NCBI GenBank assembly: GCA_044892525.1
Contig: CM097885.1
Coordinates: 31,994,001 to 32,058,000, forward strand
Reading direction: 5' to 3'
DNA: 64,000 nt
Source: Schmidtea polychroa
Lineage: Eukaryota
The notes under the pieces were generated by a model. That model searched no databases. It had not been told where the DNA came from and saw nothing but the letters and a program-made list of their open reading frames with translations. Below are positions 14,930 to 48,059 of the stretch, piece by piece; positions within the stretch are counted from its first letter, which is position 1, and every line of letters starts with the position of its first letter. The position numbers and the translations under genes were made by a program.

Positions 14930-15418
14930 ACCTTTGGAAATTCAAAATATGATGAGTCATATGTATTTGTTCATAAATGTCTTTGTTACGTCATACGCCT
15001 TTCTTTAAAACGATGAGTCATGTGTCTTTGTTACGCCATGTGTAGTTGTTATGTCATGTGTCTTTGTTTAAAATGATGAGTCAGATGTCTTTGTTCCGTA
15101 AGATGTCTTTATTACGTCAAATGTTTTTGTTTAAAACGATGAGTCATATGTCTTTAGTACGTCATATATCTTTGTTTAAAATGATGAGTCATATGTATTT
15201 GTTTAAAATTTAACCCTGGAATGGCCTAAAATCGACTTTAACCTCAGAATTTGACCTTAATCTGTCCTCAAAATGAAATTGACCTTAACATTTTCTATGC
15301 CCTTAAGTTGACCTTAAGGAACTTCTATACCCAGTGGATGGGCCCAGGGGTATATGCATTTATTACGTCATTGATTACATCATATGTCTTTGTTCCCGGG
15401 TCCACATTTTACCCTACT
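14930..15418 (-). mobile_element. Polinton-like terminal/subterminal repeat region (right end of relic)
   Basis: Repeated GATGAGTCATATGTCTTTGTTTAA is the reverse complement of the unit at 59381-59404. It terminates in CTACT (15414-15418), the reverse complement of the AGTAG terminus at 59258. Confidence 0.7.
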
Positions 15419-16099
15419 AAATAAATAATAAAATATACATATGTGCTTGTATCATTACAATTTACTCATAATATTCGGCGATGAGAAACCGTCTTTCCGC
15501 AAGTCAATTTTTAAATTTTCATTATTTGCTGAATTTCAGGTTAACTGTTTTTATATTGTGGATATTTGGCCACTGTAAGCATGTTACTTTCAAAAGTCGA
15601 CTGGATTATTATTTTTACCATCAATAATTTTCAGACTGCTAAATAATTATTATTCAATTTACGTTACAAATTAATCTCATTAGTTATAAATTAATTATAA
15701 TTAAAAAATATTAAAATATTTATGTGCCGATTTATAAATTTAGGCAATTGACAAGGACTATCTTATAGTCGAACATTTTTTCATTAAATACATTATTTGC
15801 AGCAAAAGGCTTAAATTATCATTTTATTGTTTTGAATATATAAATAATTCGAATATTTTAGAAACTTGAATTTATTGTAATAATAAACAAATAATTATTT
15901 ATTACTGCTTATAATTATGAGTAGTTTGTTTTTTAATTTGTTTAGAACATGTTCATATGGAATTACACTTTGCCACATAAATATAATAATTTAAATACCC
16001 AAAAATGTCAAGTGATTTTTAAAAAAGTATGATTTAAAAAAATATATAAATGCGGCTAATCTGCACGATTTTAGGGTAATTAAAAAAATTATTTTACAC

Positions 16100-17300
16100 C
16101 AAAATGTGTGCAATCCAAACCCATATAACTGACTTATTACGTGAGTATCTCGTTTCTAGTCCGTTAAAACAAAATTTAAATGAAAATTACACGAAATCTT
16201 CAAGAATGGTCACAACTTGTAATATGCTTGTATCTTTTACTATATTTTACTATTCTGTGGCGGCCGGTTTATTACCCATCTGTTGATTATGTATACTATA
16301 TAACATGTAAACCTTTGGGTACGGAGGATATAGGCTTTAAATAGGGAATCTGTGATTGGAAAAATGCCCATGCCCGGATTGTTTTCCATAAAAACAATAT
16401 TGATCACAAATATTGCATAAAAAGTTTGAATTAATTTTCTAAAACCACAGGAAAAATCTATTGTTTTTTTAGTTCAGCAGCTTCAAATGGTACAAAATTA
16501 TTGGCCCAATGTTCTTAAATGCGTTATTAGAACCATTAAATTTCTTGCTGACCGTGGTCTTACATTTCGCGATAATTATGAAAAATATTTGTTTGCCTCT
16601 AAAGGTACGCATAGATTGAGAAGTTAGGCAGCTCTGGTTTCGGTCACATTTCATACTTATCGAAAAAAACTTGTGAAAAAATTATTTGGATGCTATTGTC
16701 GCTGGAAGTAAAGCAACGAAGTATTTTACTAACAGTGTGGACTCGACTACTAATGGTTCTCGTGAAAATTAACTCACTATCACAACAAATAGGTAAGTAG
16801 AACGCTTTTTAAGATTCCTTAAACCGGGTGGCCATAGGGTTTAGAATACTCCAAGTCAAATCTTCAAATTTCATTTACGAACTTGGTTTTGATATGTGCA
16901 ACTGCCACGGCTAGAGTTACGACAATGCCATCAATATAGCTGGATTATATATAGCGGATTATAGGCACGAATTAAGGTAATGAATCCGCTAGCACATTTC
17001 ATACTATGACAAACACATTCTTTAAATTTGATTGGATCATCTACTGCAGAATCCTGCATATATAGTTACTTTTATGTTTGTGCAAACGCTATATAACTTT
17101 CTGTCTTCAATATACAGATGATGTAAACTAATGGATGCGTTTCCCTTGTTTAGACTTTATCATATATCAGATGGAGCGCAAGCGCTCATGCAATAAAGAC
17201 GAGAAAGCTTGTATAATATTTCAAATTTATTTCACATAGATATAATGTTAACATTTGCTAATCATGGATGGCGGTTAAATTATTCATAGCAATTTCATCA
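16100..17300 (+). pseudogene. Degenerate ZMYM1-type hAT transposase
   Basis: Broken reading frames give TVDSTT (~16732) and CHG*SYDNAINIAG...G..ARIKVMNPLAHFI...HSLNLIG (~16903-17040). Confidence 0.65.
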
Positions 17301-18077
17301 CTTAATTTGAAATTATAATTTTTATTTATTTTAATTATATATATATCATAAGGTTTTTCAACCTGTTGTACACAAAAAATATAGATATTATAATAAAAAA
17401 TTCTTTGGTATAAAAGAGGATTATTTTATGATAAGATTCGCGTATGATTTGGATTATATATAATTTTCTATTCAGTAAAACAAAAATCTCAATTCAAGAT
17501 TTAAATCAAGTGATATCAGAAGTAGCTTAATGTACCATTTTGGTTATTTTAACTTTTTTTCCTGATTAATCAAATTTTTGATCATTTTAATCAAAAATTC
17601 CCGAATACAAAACGGATTCCTCATATTTCTGAACGAATTCAGTCTAAATGCAGTAAAATTTAAAGCCTAACCTGACCCTGTGTCAGTATTTATCCCGAAA
17701 AACATGATAATATTTACTAGAATCGTAGTTTTGTAATGACTATTCATAATATATTATAAAGTATTTTAAGGTAGGTATTGCATTCTATTATTATTCATAT
17801 TATTGTATGTTTTCCAAGGGAGGGCGTCTAAAAGGTATCGTACTCCGTACCCCAGTTAATATTACACAATACCCGGTTTATATAACTTATTGAGTCCATA
17901 CTTACCTCATTCTCTACCAGGAAAATGGTCAGTCTAATTAAAGATTTACAAAACTTAAAGTCTTTTTTTGTAACTACTAAAGTAGACCTTATAATTTATT
18001 GTTGTTTGATAATTAAATTTCCCTCAATCATATTTTCTATATAGCTAACCGAATCATTCAGGAACCTTTTACAATTT

Positions 18078-20312
18078 CTATAAGAACCGTACAGACTTTT
18101 CTTGAATAAATTTCTCCTTGTCTTCTAACTTAGCTTTTTCAATTTTCGCTTTCTCTTCCTCTAAATTATGAACCGTCAAGTTGGAGGATAAATTATTCAA
18201 CTGAATAAAATAATTATGCCCGGCAATTTGTTTCTGGTGAATTTTGTCCAACAGCTTTTCATTATATGCTGAACATGGCTCATCGATTTTGTAATGAGCC
18301 TCCGCCTCATCAATCGTCATTAATGCGGTATTCCACGGAGACCATTCTGTAGTTTTAGACCAGCGGATAAAAATCAATTGTTCTAAATCGTCATTTGACG
18401 ACAGAATGCTTTTCGAATCCCAAATCTTCGTAATCAAATGCTTCATGTCGACTTCACTGAAAATGAAAGCCATTTTTGAGTTGTCTTGATATTCTTCTTC
18501 GGCTTTCTGTAGTAAGTAAAGAGCGTGTCTGTATGGGCTGAGCTCGTGACGTGGCATGGCGTGATTGAAGAGCTGAGTACAATTCCTACAGGGTCCTAAT
18601 TTCTTCGATTTAACACTGAACATAAATTGAGAATTCTTCAAATACTTATTGCAATATCTACACAACTGGAATGTGCCACGGAGGTCCAAGGGGTTCGAAG
18701 GGACTTTGAGAAATTTCTCAACGCCCGGATTAAATGACGGGAGTCGACATAAAATCAAAAATAAAGTATTGATTCTCGTACGAAGACCTTTCAAATGGGG
18801 CATGGCAACGTTTCTCATGATTAAATCCCCCTCTCGATTAATCAATAAAGTCAACTCGGTGCAAATCTTTTCCGGCCGGTTCGCTATCAGCCTTTTTAAT
18901 GTCAATAAAATATCCAATCGTTCTTCTTGATTGAAAAAATCCATACTCAAACTCTTATAGATTTCGTAGACTTCTTTTCCACGGGTTGTGTTCATCAGAT
19001 CCATTTGAATGAGTTCCCCGAATTTGTCTTTCCAGACAATTGGCTTGGAAACTTTGACCAATTTGTTTTTCTTCGCTCGGAAATTCAATATCTTATTCGC
19101 GTTGTTCTTCAATCGATCGACTGCCATTAACCAATTGTGCTGCTCGTCCATTATTCGACAGAGAATCGCTTTTCTGACACTTACCGGCACGCCGGGGGGG
19201 ATTTTCGATATTTGTTTAAGCCGCCACTTTTCAATGGCGTGATACAACAAATCGAAATCGTCATTGTACAACGGACAACGCCTTTTGTCAAATAGAGTTT
19301 CCAATCGCTTTGATAATTCATTTGATTTTCGGGTTTTTTCCCCAAGCTCGTAATCGAGAATCAATTGACGAATTTGTCGTAATTTTTCCACTCGCTTTTT
19401 TGCCAACCATCGGCGGAAATTTTTCTGGATTATTATCACTTTGGAAATGATATAAGCTTGCAATTCATCAGCTGTTTGGTAAATATGCGGAGTGACTACC
19501 CGATCGGTGACGTTACTGACGTAATAAGCGGTTTTAGACATTTGAGTACAAGTCGTAACGACATTATCTATGGTCCTATTGACTATTTTATGGGTTTGAG
19601 TGTCTCTACTGAACATTTCCAATGCTGGCATTGATTTGGCAATGGGCCTGGTCTGGGTTACTGCATGATGGTATTCAATCCCAGTTTTTTTGTGTTTAAA
19701 TCCACCGAGAAAATATTTCGAATATGCAATTCGATCGATATCAACGCGAGTTGTATAAACTTCATTCGTTTTTAAATTCCTACAGTGAACAAATAGGGTA
19801 TTTCTCATAGGCAAATTTCCATCATTTTTGATTATTCTAATCATATGAAGATTAATTAATATATCCATATCGTGTAATTTAACAATGGCTTCAGTTACTG
19901 AATTCGGTTGGAAATCCAAATCCAGAAAAGTAGCTGTATTGCTAGTTATGTTCATGTTATCGTCAAATACCAATTCAAATTCATAAGTTGGTACGTCGAA
20001 ATATTTACTGACTCTATCGGATAAATCATTAATGGTACATATAATAGGAATTCCATATAATATTTTAGTTTGATTTGTAATGATTAATGATATATAAATG
20101 TTTGGAATTATTTCGATTTCTTTCAATTCGTCTTTAGGACATTGGTGATTCTCACTTATTTGAAGGATATCAGATGATGTATTGCTAACATTTTGATCAT
20201 TCTTGTCATTTAAATAAACCTTTGGAGGAATTGCAGAATTGCTTCGTTTTACAGGAATTATTTGCGGTAATAAATTAAATTTGACATTATTTACTGACTG
20301 ACATCTAATCAT
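18078..20312 (-). CDS. IQUB: IQ and ubiquitin-like domain-containing protein (radial spoke FAP253 orthologue), single exon
   Basis: ~744-aa ORF (first ATG 20312) with N-terminal Ubl-like region, YFLGGFKHKKTGIEYHHAVTQT, SRDTQT, IQ motif IIQKNFRRWLAKKRV, ERLDILLTLK and WSPWN, all characteristic of IQUB. Confidence 0.92.
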   Translation of the reverse strand: MIRCQSVNNVKFNLLPQIIPVKRSNSAIPPKVYLNDKNDQNVSNTSSDILQISENHQCPKDELKEIEIIPNIYISLIITNQTKILYGIPIICTINDLSDRVSKYFDVPTYEFELVFDDNMNITSNTATFLDLDFQPNSVTEAIVKLHDMDILINLHMIRIIKNDGNLPMRNTLFVHCRNLKTNEVYTTRVDIDRIAYSKYFLGGFKHKKTGIEYHHAVTQTRPIAKSMPALEMFSRDTQTHKIVNRTIDNVVTTCTQMSKTAYYVSNVTDRVVTPHIYQTADELQAYIISKVIIIQKNFRRWLAKKRVEKLRQIRQLILDYELGEKTRKSNELSKRLETLFDKRRCPLYNDDFDLLYHAIEKWRLKQISKIPPGVPVSVRKAILCRIMDEQHNWLMAVDRLKNNANKILNFRAKKNKLVKVSKPIVWKDKFGELIQMDLMNTTRGKEVYEIYKSLSMDFFNQEERLDILLTLKRLIANRPEKICTELTLLINREGDLIMRNVAMPHLKGLRTRINTLFLILCRLPSFNPGVEKFLKVPSNPLDLRGTFQLCRYCNKYLKNSQFMFSVKSKKLGPCRNCTQLFNHAMPRHELSPYRHALYLLQKAEEEYQDNSKMAFIFSEVDMKHLITKIWDSKSILSSNDDLEQLIFIRWSKTTEWSPWNTALMTIDEAEAHYKIDEPCSAYNEKLLDKIHQKQIAGHNYFIQLNNLSSNLTVHNLEEEKAKIEKAKLEDKEKFIQEKSVRFL

Positions 20313-21018
20313 TATATACAAATCTAAAATTATTTACTTTTAAATTAATTTTAAAATATTAATTTCAACTTAATAAAAAACTATTTCAACAATAAACTTT
20401 GAACTTAATTTCAATAAAATAAGAATTAATAAATATAAAAATTCATTTCAACCTTATTTATTTAAAGATTAACAAACATATTTAGAAAAACAATAAATTG
20501 TGCCTTCGTTCTTATATTAATTATTAGATAAGCAAAACAAAATCATTTAATAACAACCCAAAATCTGATACTAATATATTTATACTAAAATATTAATCAT
20601 AAAATACAATTTTTAAATTTAATAAAAATTTGTTCGTAATCTCTTTATGAATTGAAAAAATTAATTTTATATAAGTGTGTTATAGTTAAAATTTTTTTAT
20701 ACATATTATGAAAATTACGACAAATCACCTGCACATTTGGTTTTTAAAATGATATAAAAAAATCAAACAAATAATTTATATAAATAGACTATAAAATTCA
20801 ATATCGTAAAGCTTGAAAAGTACAAAACCCAAACGAAATCATCTTGAGTCCATAATGTAACTAATTGACTCTGAAATTATCTTTTAATTATTTGTCTATC
20901 TGAAGTTTATCTGAACATTATTATTATACTCTATAAATAATATTAACATTAGGACTTGCTTTTCAATCCGTAAGCGCAAAGCAACTTACAATCCTACCAA
21001 ACTAGTTACCAGAATATA

Positions 21019-21312
21019 TTAGGTTGCCCTAAACATAAATACATTTAAAAAAATTTAGGTTCAAATAATTTTTTTTCTTAGCTCAAAGTAAACTTTATTT
21101 ATTAAAATAAAAACCACTAACACGCTGATATATTTCTGTTTCATGTAATTCTTGACTTTTGAAAGCGACGAACTATTCAAATCACATTGTGAGCAAAGAC
21201 TTGGGTTTGAAAGTTCTCCCTGAAAGAAATTGTTGAAATGCTTGAAGAAGGGATAATCAGTGGGCAAAAGGTTAGGTGAATATGATAAATTATACAAAGT
21301 CCTGTAGTTCAA
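21019..21312 (-). mobile_element. mariner transposase C-terminal fragment with TIR-like end
   Basis: YSPNLLPTDYPFFKHFNNFFQG resembles the mariner YSPDLAPSDY.LF motif; TTAGGTTG at ~21019. Confidence 0.7.
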
Positions 21313-21376
21313 CTATAGCGCCTAATAATAAAAAAACATACATAATATTAATGAGAGGTATATAAATATGAAGTAT

Positions 21377-23094
21377 TGTTGGGGTTGTAAGACTAAAATT
21401 ATCTTAAAAGATCGTAATTTCTAGGAAAATGAAGTATCATGGAAACAATCAAAAATGGTATAATTAAAAATTGAATGACGAAGAATGCGAAATTACAGAA
21501 AATCAAAAAACTTTTAAATTTGAATTTGAAAAACGAACCAGATATAGATTGGATAAGGCTCTTATCATAATGGGGAAGTCGGTAACCTCTGACTCCACGT
21601 GTCCCTTTAATCGTAAATAACAAAACAATAAACTACTCAACGTATATTTGAATCACAAATCTCTCAAAATCCAAAGATACAATCAACGACAGAGTTTTAC
21701 CAGTTTAATCAGTTCTCGGCTCGGCGCCGATGCTTTGCAAAATTCTTTATCAATATTCACCTTTTAATCGAACTTTTACTATTTGATCTGGCCCGCTTCC
21801 AATTCACTTTTCTTCTCACGTCTCAAATCTTTCCTAACTCTATCCATTCGTTTCCCTAACTTCCTGATTATCCTAAGCTCAGTTTCTTCGTGTCCCTAGC
21901 TGAGGCAGAATGTCGATTATTTTGAATTTCGACTTTGCTTTTATACTAAAATAATTCATTTGATTAATTGGTTTTTGACCGAATAGCTTCTATCTGACAA
22001 TGGTTTGACAACGGGTTCCTCGAACGTTGCTTGAACCGTATCGAGATAAATTGCCTCCCTTTGTTAATCCTTTGTAGTAGCCCTAAACTTTGTTTGTCTC
22101 CATTAATCACGCTGTCATGATAATGGCCTTCCGAAATTCTCATTTTGTTTATTTTCCATGTTAATCGAGCTCGGGTTTCCTTCATCTCTCGGTTCTCCAT
22201 TGGCTCGGTTTTCCTATTAACTCGGGTTTTCCATTAGCCAATTAATTAATTAATTAACGAATTTCTGTTTTAACACATTCGAATGCTTTTCGATCCTTTC
22301 TAACCATTTTCTGATAAATCCCTAATCACCCTCTTGTTGACCATTACCTTTGTGTCCTTTTGAAATTAAGTTAAACAACCCAACACAATAATCTTTATTC
22401 GAGACTAGTACAATAACACTTTTATCAATTATACTCTTTAATGAAACAACGACAACTTTAAATAACTCTTTTGCTCAGCACCTTTCAATCTTCCGATGGG
22501 AGATGTCCCTTTCTAGTACGCTCGATTCGAAACTATATAGTTATCACTAAGTTCAATTTTTCTTTGCTTCCTCTCGCAAGATTATTCCTTTACGTTTCTT
22601 TGACCTACTGACAATTCTGTTTACTTGTCGGTGGCTTTATACCCATTTTGTAATTTGATTTGGTCTTGTCAAATTATTTTGAATCCATTTTCCCCGGGCT
22701 TTCTCTTATTGCTCTAATTATTTAGGGAATTTGCTTGTCTTTTTCGATGGCTTGTCCCAATTTAATTATTCGTCGGCTGATTCAATTGCCTCTAGCTAAT
22801 TTGATTGACCATTCAGGTCTTCTCACGCTGTTCGGGTTTTCTATTAGCTAATTAATTTTTAATTAATTTTAGTTTTTTTGTAATTAGTTCCTTCTAGGGA
22901 CTTCTTGATCATTTTATTATATTTGAACTCGTTTCATTGTTCGGCATCCGTCCATACCTGTTTCCCCGGTAAAATATTCATTTTTAATTTTTTTGATTTT
23001 TAATTAATATTTTTATACTTTAAATTATTATTGTGAATTTGGTGTTTTTATTGATTTTTCACCTCAATTTTGTACCTCTCGTTGAACCCCAACA
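21377..23094. mobile_element. Putative solo-LTR-like sequence(s)
   Basis: Begins TGTTGGGGTT; complementary ends ACAACCCAACA (22385) and AACCCCAACA (23094). Non-coding, less AT-rich than flanks; target duplication imperfect. Confidence 0.45.
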
Positions 23095-24618
23095 TTATTG
23101 TATTCAATAATTTTTCTTTTAGTGAACACATATTTCAAGATAAAATATGTTAGTTTTTCGGATTATGAATGTCTTGAATATCTCACAATATTATTAATAA
23201 TAATTATAATAAGTTATGAGTTCAGTTTCTTATTTAAACAATTTAAAACTACATCATATAAATAACACATTAAAATAAATGATTGAAGATTTTTAATGAC
23301 AAGAATATTTAGAATGTTTTAGAAAATACAAAAGTGTAATTGAAAACAATAAACACGATTTCACAAAATATTGCCTAACTGATGTGCTCTAAACTTTAAA
23401 ATTACCCGTATATTGACATGTATAAATCAACTCTTAAAATTTAATCTGGAAATAATGGTTTACGACAGACCATGTGCATAGGTGAACCTCCTCCTTTCAA
23501 AATTGAAAAAATAAGAAATTATGCGGGTTTTTTCAAATGTGGAATTTTAAATATTCCATCCACAATGACATATTGTTAAAGAAGGTATTTGAAGAAAGTT
23601 CAATGATCATAAAGACGATATCATGAATACCACAATCCCTCTCTTTACGAAGTCTCTTTTTACGAAGTTTCGCTATAACGTAAAATTTAGAAAAAAATTC
23701 AGTCTCTGTTTACGAAAAAAAATTCGATTTACAAATTTTTGTTTTTTATTTAATTAGGGAAATCACACCGTACGAATATACAGAAATAGAATACAAAATA
23801 AAACAAACAAATTATGTATTTATTGTTATGATTACTTGAAAATTAATATTTTGTATAAATTAGATTTCCTTATTATTTAAACAATTTGTGTTATGTGGGA
23901 TATATTTGAGCTAATTTTTTAGAGTACATACACATGTGCTATGTACATAATACGTATAAGAATAATATGAATTTACTAAGTTAATTAAATGTTTAATGTT
24001 CCTTGAATTATTTAGATAATAGATATATATTTTTTTTTATGAATAAATAAAATACATACATATTATTTTTGTTTTTGAATTACGAATGTTTTCTTCAATA
24101 ATATGAATTGATTGGATTTTTTAATTTATAAATTACCGTTTATAATCAGAATTCTTGATTTATATTATCGATAATTAAAATAAAAATTCGATTATCGAAA
24201 TTTTGATTTACATTCAATTTTTGGGAACGAATTAATTCGTTAAGTTAGAGATGGATGTAATGTATTTTATTTGTTTTAATGGATATTGAATTTTTGTTTC
24301 ACTCAGATCGCGCTTCTTTTTTTTATGTTCAAACGCAATTAATAGAAATTAATGTTTAATTTCTAAATACAAACCTATGAAAAGGAAAGTCGACCATATT
24401 TATCTTGTCTTCCAATCGACTTATATATTAGTATCTACTGTAACTCATAAAACATAAAGTAAAACCTATTGTACAAATTTGAAATTTACCTGGATAAACT
24501 CATTTAAACAATAATGAAAGATAATTATAATAATAAATTAATTAACGCAAAGAATTTATATTAATGGGAAAAAAATATTAAAAATGAATTCTTCATAAGA
24601 AAGTCATTTGGTTCTTAT

Positions 24619-25077
24619 TTATTTACCTCTCTTCAACATAACTCCTTTGAATTCTTCAAAATTAATAAATCCATCATTATTAGAATCAGCTTCTTGCATC
24701 ATTGCATTAATTTCTTCTTCAGTTAACTTCAAATGTAAACTAGAAATTAATTCTCTCAATTCTTTAACCGTTATAGTACCATCTTTGTCTTTGTCGAAAA
24801 AATTGAATGTCTCTCTCATATCATCATCGAATGATCTCGACATTTTCGGCAGCATCATGTCAACAAATTCATCAAAATCTATAACACCGTTTTTGTTTTT
24901 ATCAACATGGGTCATTATTTCTCCCGCTTCTTCGGCTGTGCAGGGTCGGTTAAAAAGCTTCATCATGGATCTCAACTCACTAACAGTTATTTTGCCATCG
25001 TTATCTTTATCGAATAACCCGAAGGCTTCTCGGAGTTCACTTAATTGTTCTGATGATATTTTCACTTTTTTAGACAT
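24619..25077 (-). CDS. Calmodulin-like EF-hand protein (152 aa), single exon
   Basis: Four EF loops DKDNDGKITVSE, DKNKNGVIDFDE, DKDKDGTITVKE, DSNNDGFINFEE; ELREAFGLF start. Diverged from canonical calmodulin. Confidence 0.95.
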   Translation of the reverse strand: MSKKVKISSEQLSELREAFGLFDKDNDGKITVSELRSMMKLFNRPCTAEEAGEIMTHVDKNKNGVIDFDEFVDMMLPKMSRSFDDDMRETFNFFDKDKDGTITVKELRELISSLHLKLTEEEINAMMQEADSNNDGFINFEEFKGVMLKRGK

Positions 25078-25649
25078 TAAATCTACTTTGTATAATTATA
25101 TTTGTATAATTATAAATCAATGTTTAAGAATATAAATTTATAAAATCAAATATGTTATTAATATAAATAGATATAATTAATCTGTTCCGGCCTTAGACAA
25201 TTTTGTGCTATAGGCAAGGATAAAAATGCCGCACTTACTAGGTTCAGTTTTCTAAGAAAAATCTATAATTTCCTTTTATTTTGAAGTAAAAAATCCAAAA
25301 TATGAGAATATGAAAATGTGAAGCACAACAAATCGCAACAAATAATTTTCATAGCATTAAAAATATTTTCAAATTTTAATTTTTCATAATTTTGCCGCCA
25401 TTTGAAATAATGTCGCTCTAAACCGCCCCTTATGTCGCTTATGCCTAAAGCCCACACTATAATTAATCTTCAATATATATATTATATTATTTTTCACGCC
25501 TCAGCTCAATATCAGTACAGTAAATATTATACAGTGAAACCCACTTAAAACGAAACTACGTTAATATGGACATGTTTTGTATGCCATTTGAATTTGGGGG
25601 TTACACTGAATGAATTGTGATTTTGATAATCTACAGAAATGTAACTTGC

Positions 25650-26400
25650 TTCAGCAAGAAATGATTGAAATGGTCATGATTGCTAGTATGCATTAAAAAA
25701 ACTCCAAGGCAAGAACTTTAGAACGATCACAATCCAATGAAATGACTGTATTCAGCAATTAGAACAAGTTTCAGCACTAAATTCCTTCTAAAACAATGTT
25801 ATTGCATCAAATAAAATTCATCATATTAATGAGAAATTCGATGCATCTCAAGAACCGTTAAATATACTAACAATTCAAAAAGATTCTCGCATTTTACAAT
25901 TCGACTTCAACATCGAAATCCAAACTTTAGTCATGCTAAATCAAGGGCCAATATAGCATGTTACAAATGTCATAAACATGAAACTTATGCCGATATATTC
26001 TCCATTTCTGAGCATAAAATGGATGAAAATTTAAAAGAGATCTCATTAATAATAGATAGGAGAGAGTTCAATTTATTAATGCAAAATGATGCCGGTGCTC
26101 CATGCATCATTATTTACACAGAGACTTGACAATCATTAAATTGTCCCAGATTAATAAAGTATAAAGGAAAAGCTCTAGAACTACAATTGTACTGCTCTGA
26201 AAATTATTATCATGCATTATCACTAATACCAAATGTTAAACCAATTTTCAGCAACGCTAGAGAAGTTCTGATTCCATTACAAGAACAATTGGAAGATAAA
26301 ATACAAAAAAATAATTGACATTGGAATAATTTCAGAGGTTCTAGATGGTGGTACTGAATAGGCTTCAACCCTTTGTATTTGCTAGAAAATCAGATTTTCT
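25650..26400 (+). pseudogene. Degenerate Gypsy-like gag/protease remnant
   Basis: Zinc-knuckle-like ACYKCHKH (~25957), protease-like MQNDAGAPCIII (~26079) and KPIFSNAREV; many stops. Confidence 0.5.
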
Positions 26401-27586
26401 TTTAGATGCATTAGGTTAGTTTAATTAATTATGTAATATTTATTTATCATTCTTCCTTAAAGCCAATAACACTGATCTACTGTTGGCAAAGAACAATCAA
26501 TGTTGAATTCATTTAAAATACAAAACATACAAAACATATCTATCGATTCCAGACCTTATATAACTTTGTGCATCTTCCGTTAATCGTGGTGCTCTTGGTT
26601 GTCTCATAGTCTTGAATTCAATTCTTCCCGTCTTTACATTTAGTTCTAAGTCACCGAAAATTAGCTTGGGATTTTTTCCTTCTTTATAGTTTCGTATAAT
26701 TAATTATCCTTCATTGTTAGTGATTTTTCTAAATTCTACCTTTTGTATTTCCATGGCTTAATAAAGATTTATTAAAATTTAAATGGATTAAATTAAGTTT
26801 GTCCCACTATGGGTATTGCTCACAAGGGTACTGGTCACACTCAACATGTCGTAAGTTATTTTCAAAGTTTAATTATTATTATTTTTTTAATGAACAAGAT
26901 AATGAACAAGTACCAAAATTTCAGTTAAACTTTATTCGCAAAATATTTCAAAGTAATTCGATGATTTCTAAGCAGGAGGACGTTTTCTCGGAGTTCAGTC
27001 GATTCTGGGCCTGAAAAAATAACAATCATTTAATTATTTCAGGTTTTTTTTTGATCTCATTTATTAATTTCTAATATATAATTTAAATAAAATTTAAATA
27101 ATATTAATTTTGAAAGTAACAAACTTCATACAAATACTGGGAATTTATATTTTTCTAAACTCATATTTTTAATTAATATTTTAGAAATTTTTTTCAGAAA
27201 AAATATTTAAATCAGTAAAGAATGAAACACAAAATATTTCCAAATGAAAATGTTTTTCAACCAATCAATGCCTATTGTAACCATATGTATTTACAAACTG
27301 TTGAATAAACCACATTCATTCTTTTCTTTTTTAGAAATTATTTGCAGAAAATCAATACAAAATTTAATATAATAATTGAGATCAGGAAAATTCTGATAAA
27401 TATCAAAAAGAATGTTTAAAATTGGGGCAATTTTAGGTGAGATGTAATTTATAAAAATAAATTTTATGAGCTATTGTTCAAATTTTCTAATGAAGGTACT
27501 TTTATTATGTTAATTTTATTTAAAATAATTATAATAAAATAGTAATAATTCAAAATTTCCTATGGTCATGCTATTGTCTTAAATGT

Positions 27587-28471
<885 letters not shown>

Positions 28472-28495
28472 TTTTGATTAAATATCTTCGTTTAG

Positions 28496-47457
<18,962 letters not shown>

Positions 47458-48059
47458 CATTTTATAATGTTTGATCAGACAATTATTTGAGACTTTATTG
47501 GACTAATCTTAATAATTTAGAAGACAAAATTTTGTTTTGTTTTTATTTATATATGAGATATTAACATGACTTTATAGAAACAATTGAATAATAGTGTAAA
47601 TTTATTTTTTGGTAAATGAGAAGAAAATAGTATTTGAAAAATTAATTTTTCATTCAACTTTTTTGCAGTAATATTGACAATACTTTGTAAAATCACCAAT
47701 TTATGGTATTTTTTATTTGTTATTAGCAAGTTTTATAAATTTATTTATACACTGATAGAAAGATTTTGCAAAAAACATTCTCCGAATTGCCAGAGTTATT
47801 TTGTATATTCTGTGATAATACTTATATATAATTCGTATCCATTGAAATAATCTGAACTTGATATAAATAAAATTTGATTTATCTCAATCAGATTTTAAAT
47901 GATTACATTTTTTCAACCGTACAATCGCATTGCATCAAATTAAAGACGTCATATTATTTATTATATATTATATATTTATTATATAGATCACGCTATGTCA
48001 AATTATATTGGACGTATCGGGACTTGTTAATTTGGTAAGTTGCGCTTGGGAATTCAAAC

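Noticed and set aside
24608..25135. 175-aa plus-strand ORF
   Set aside because: Antisense shadow of the calmodulin-like gene. The same applies to 18649-19242 (IQUB), 63442-63825 (TBP-like), 48952-49338 and 58289-59100.
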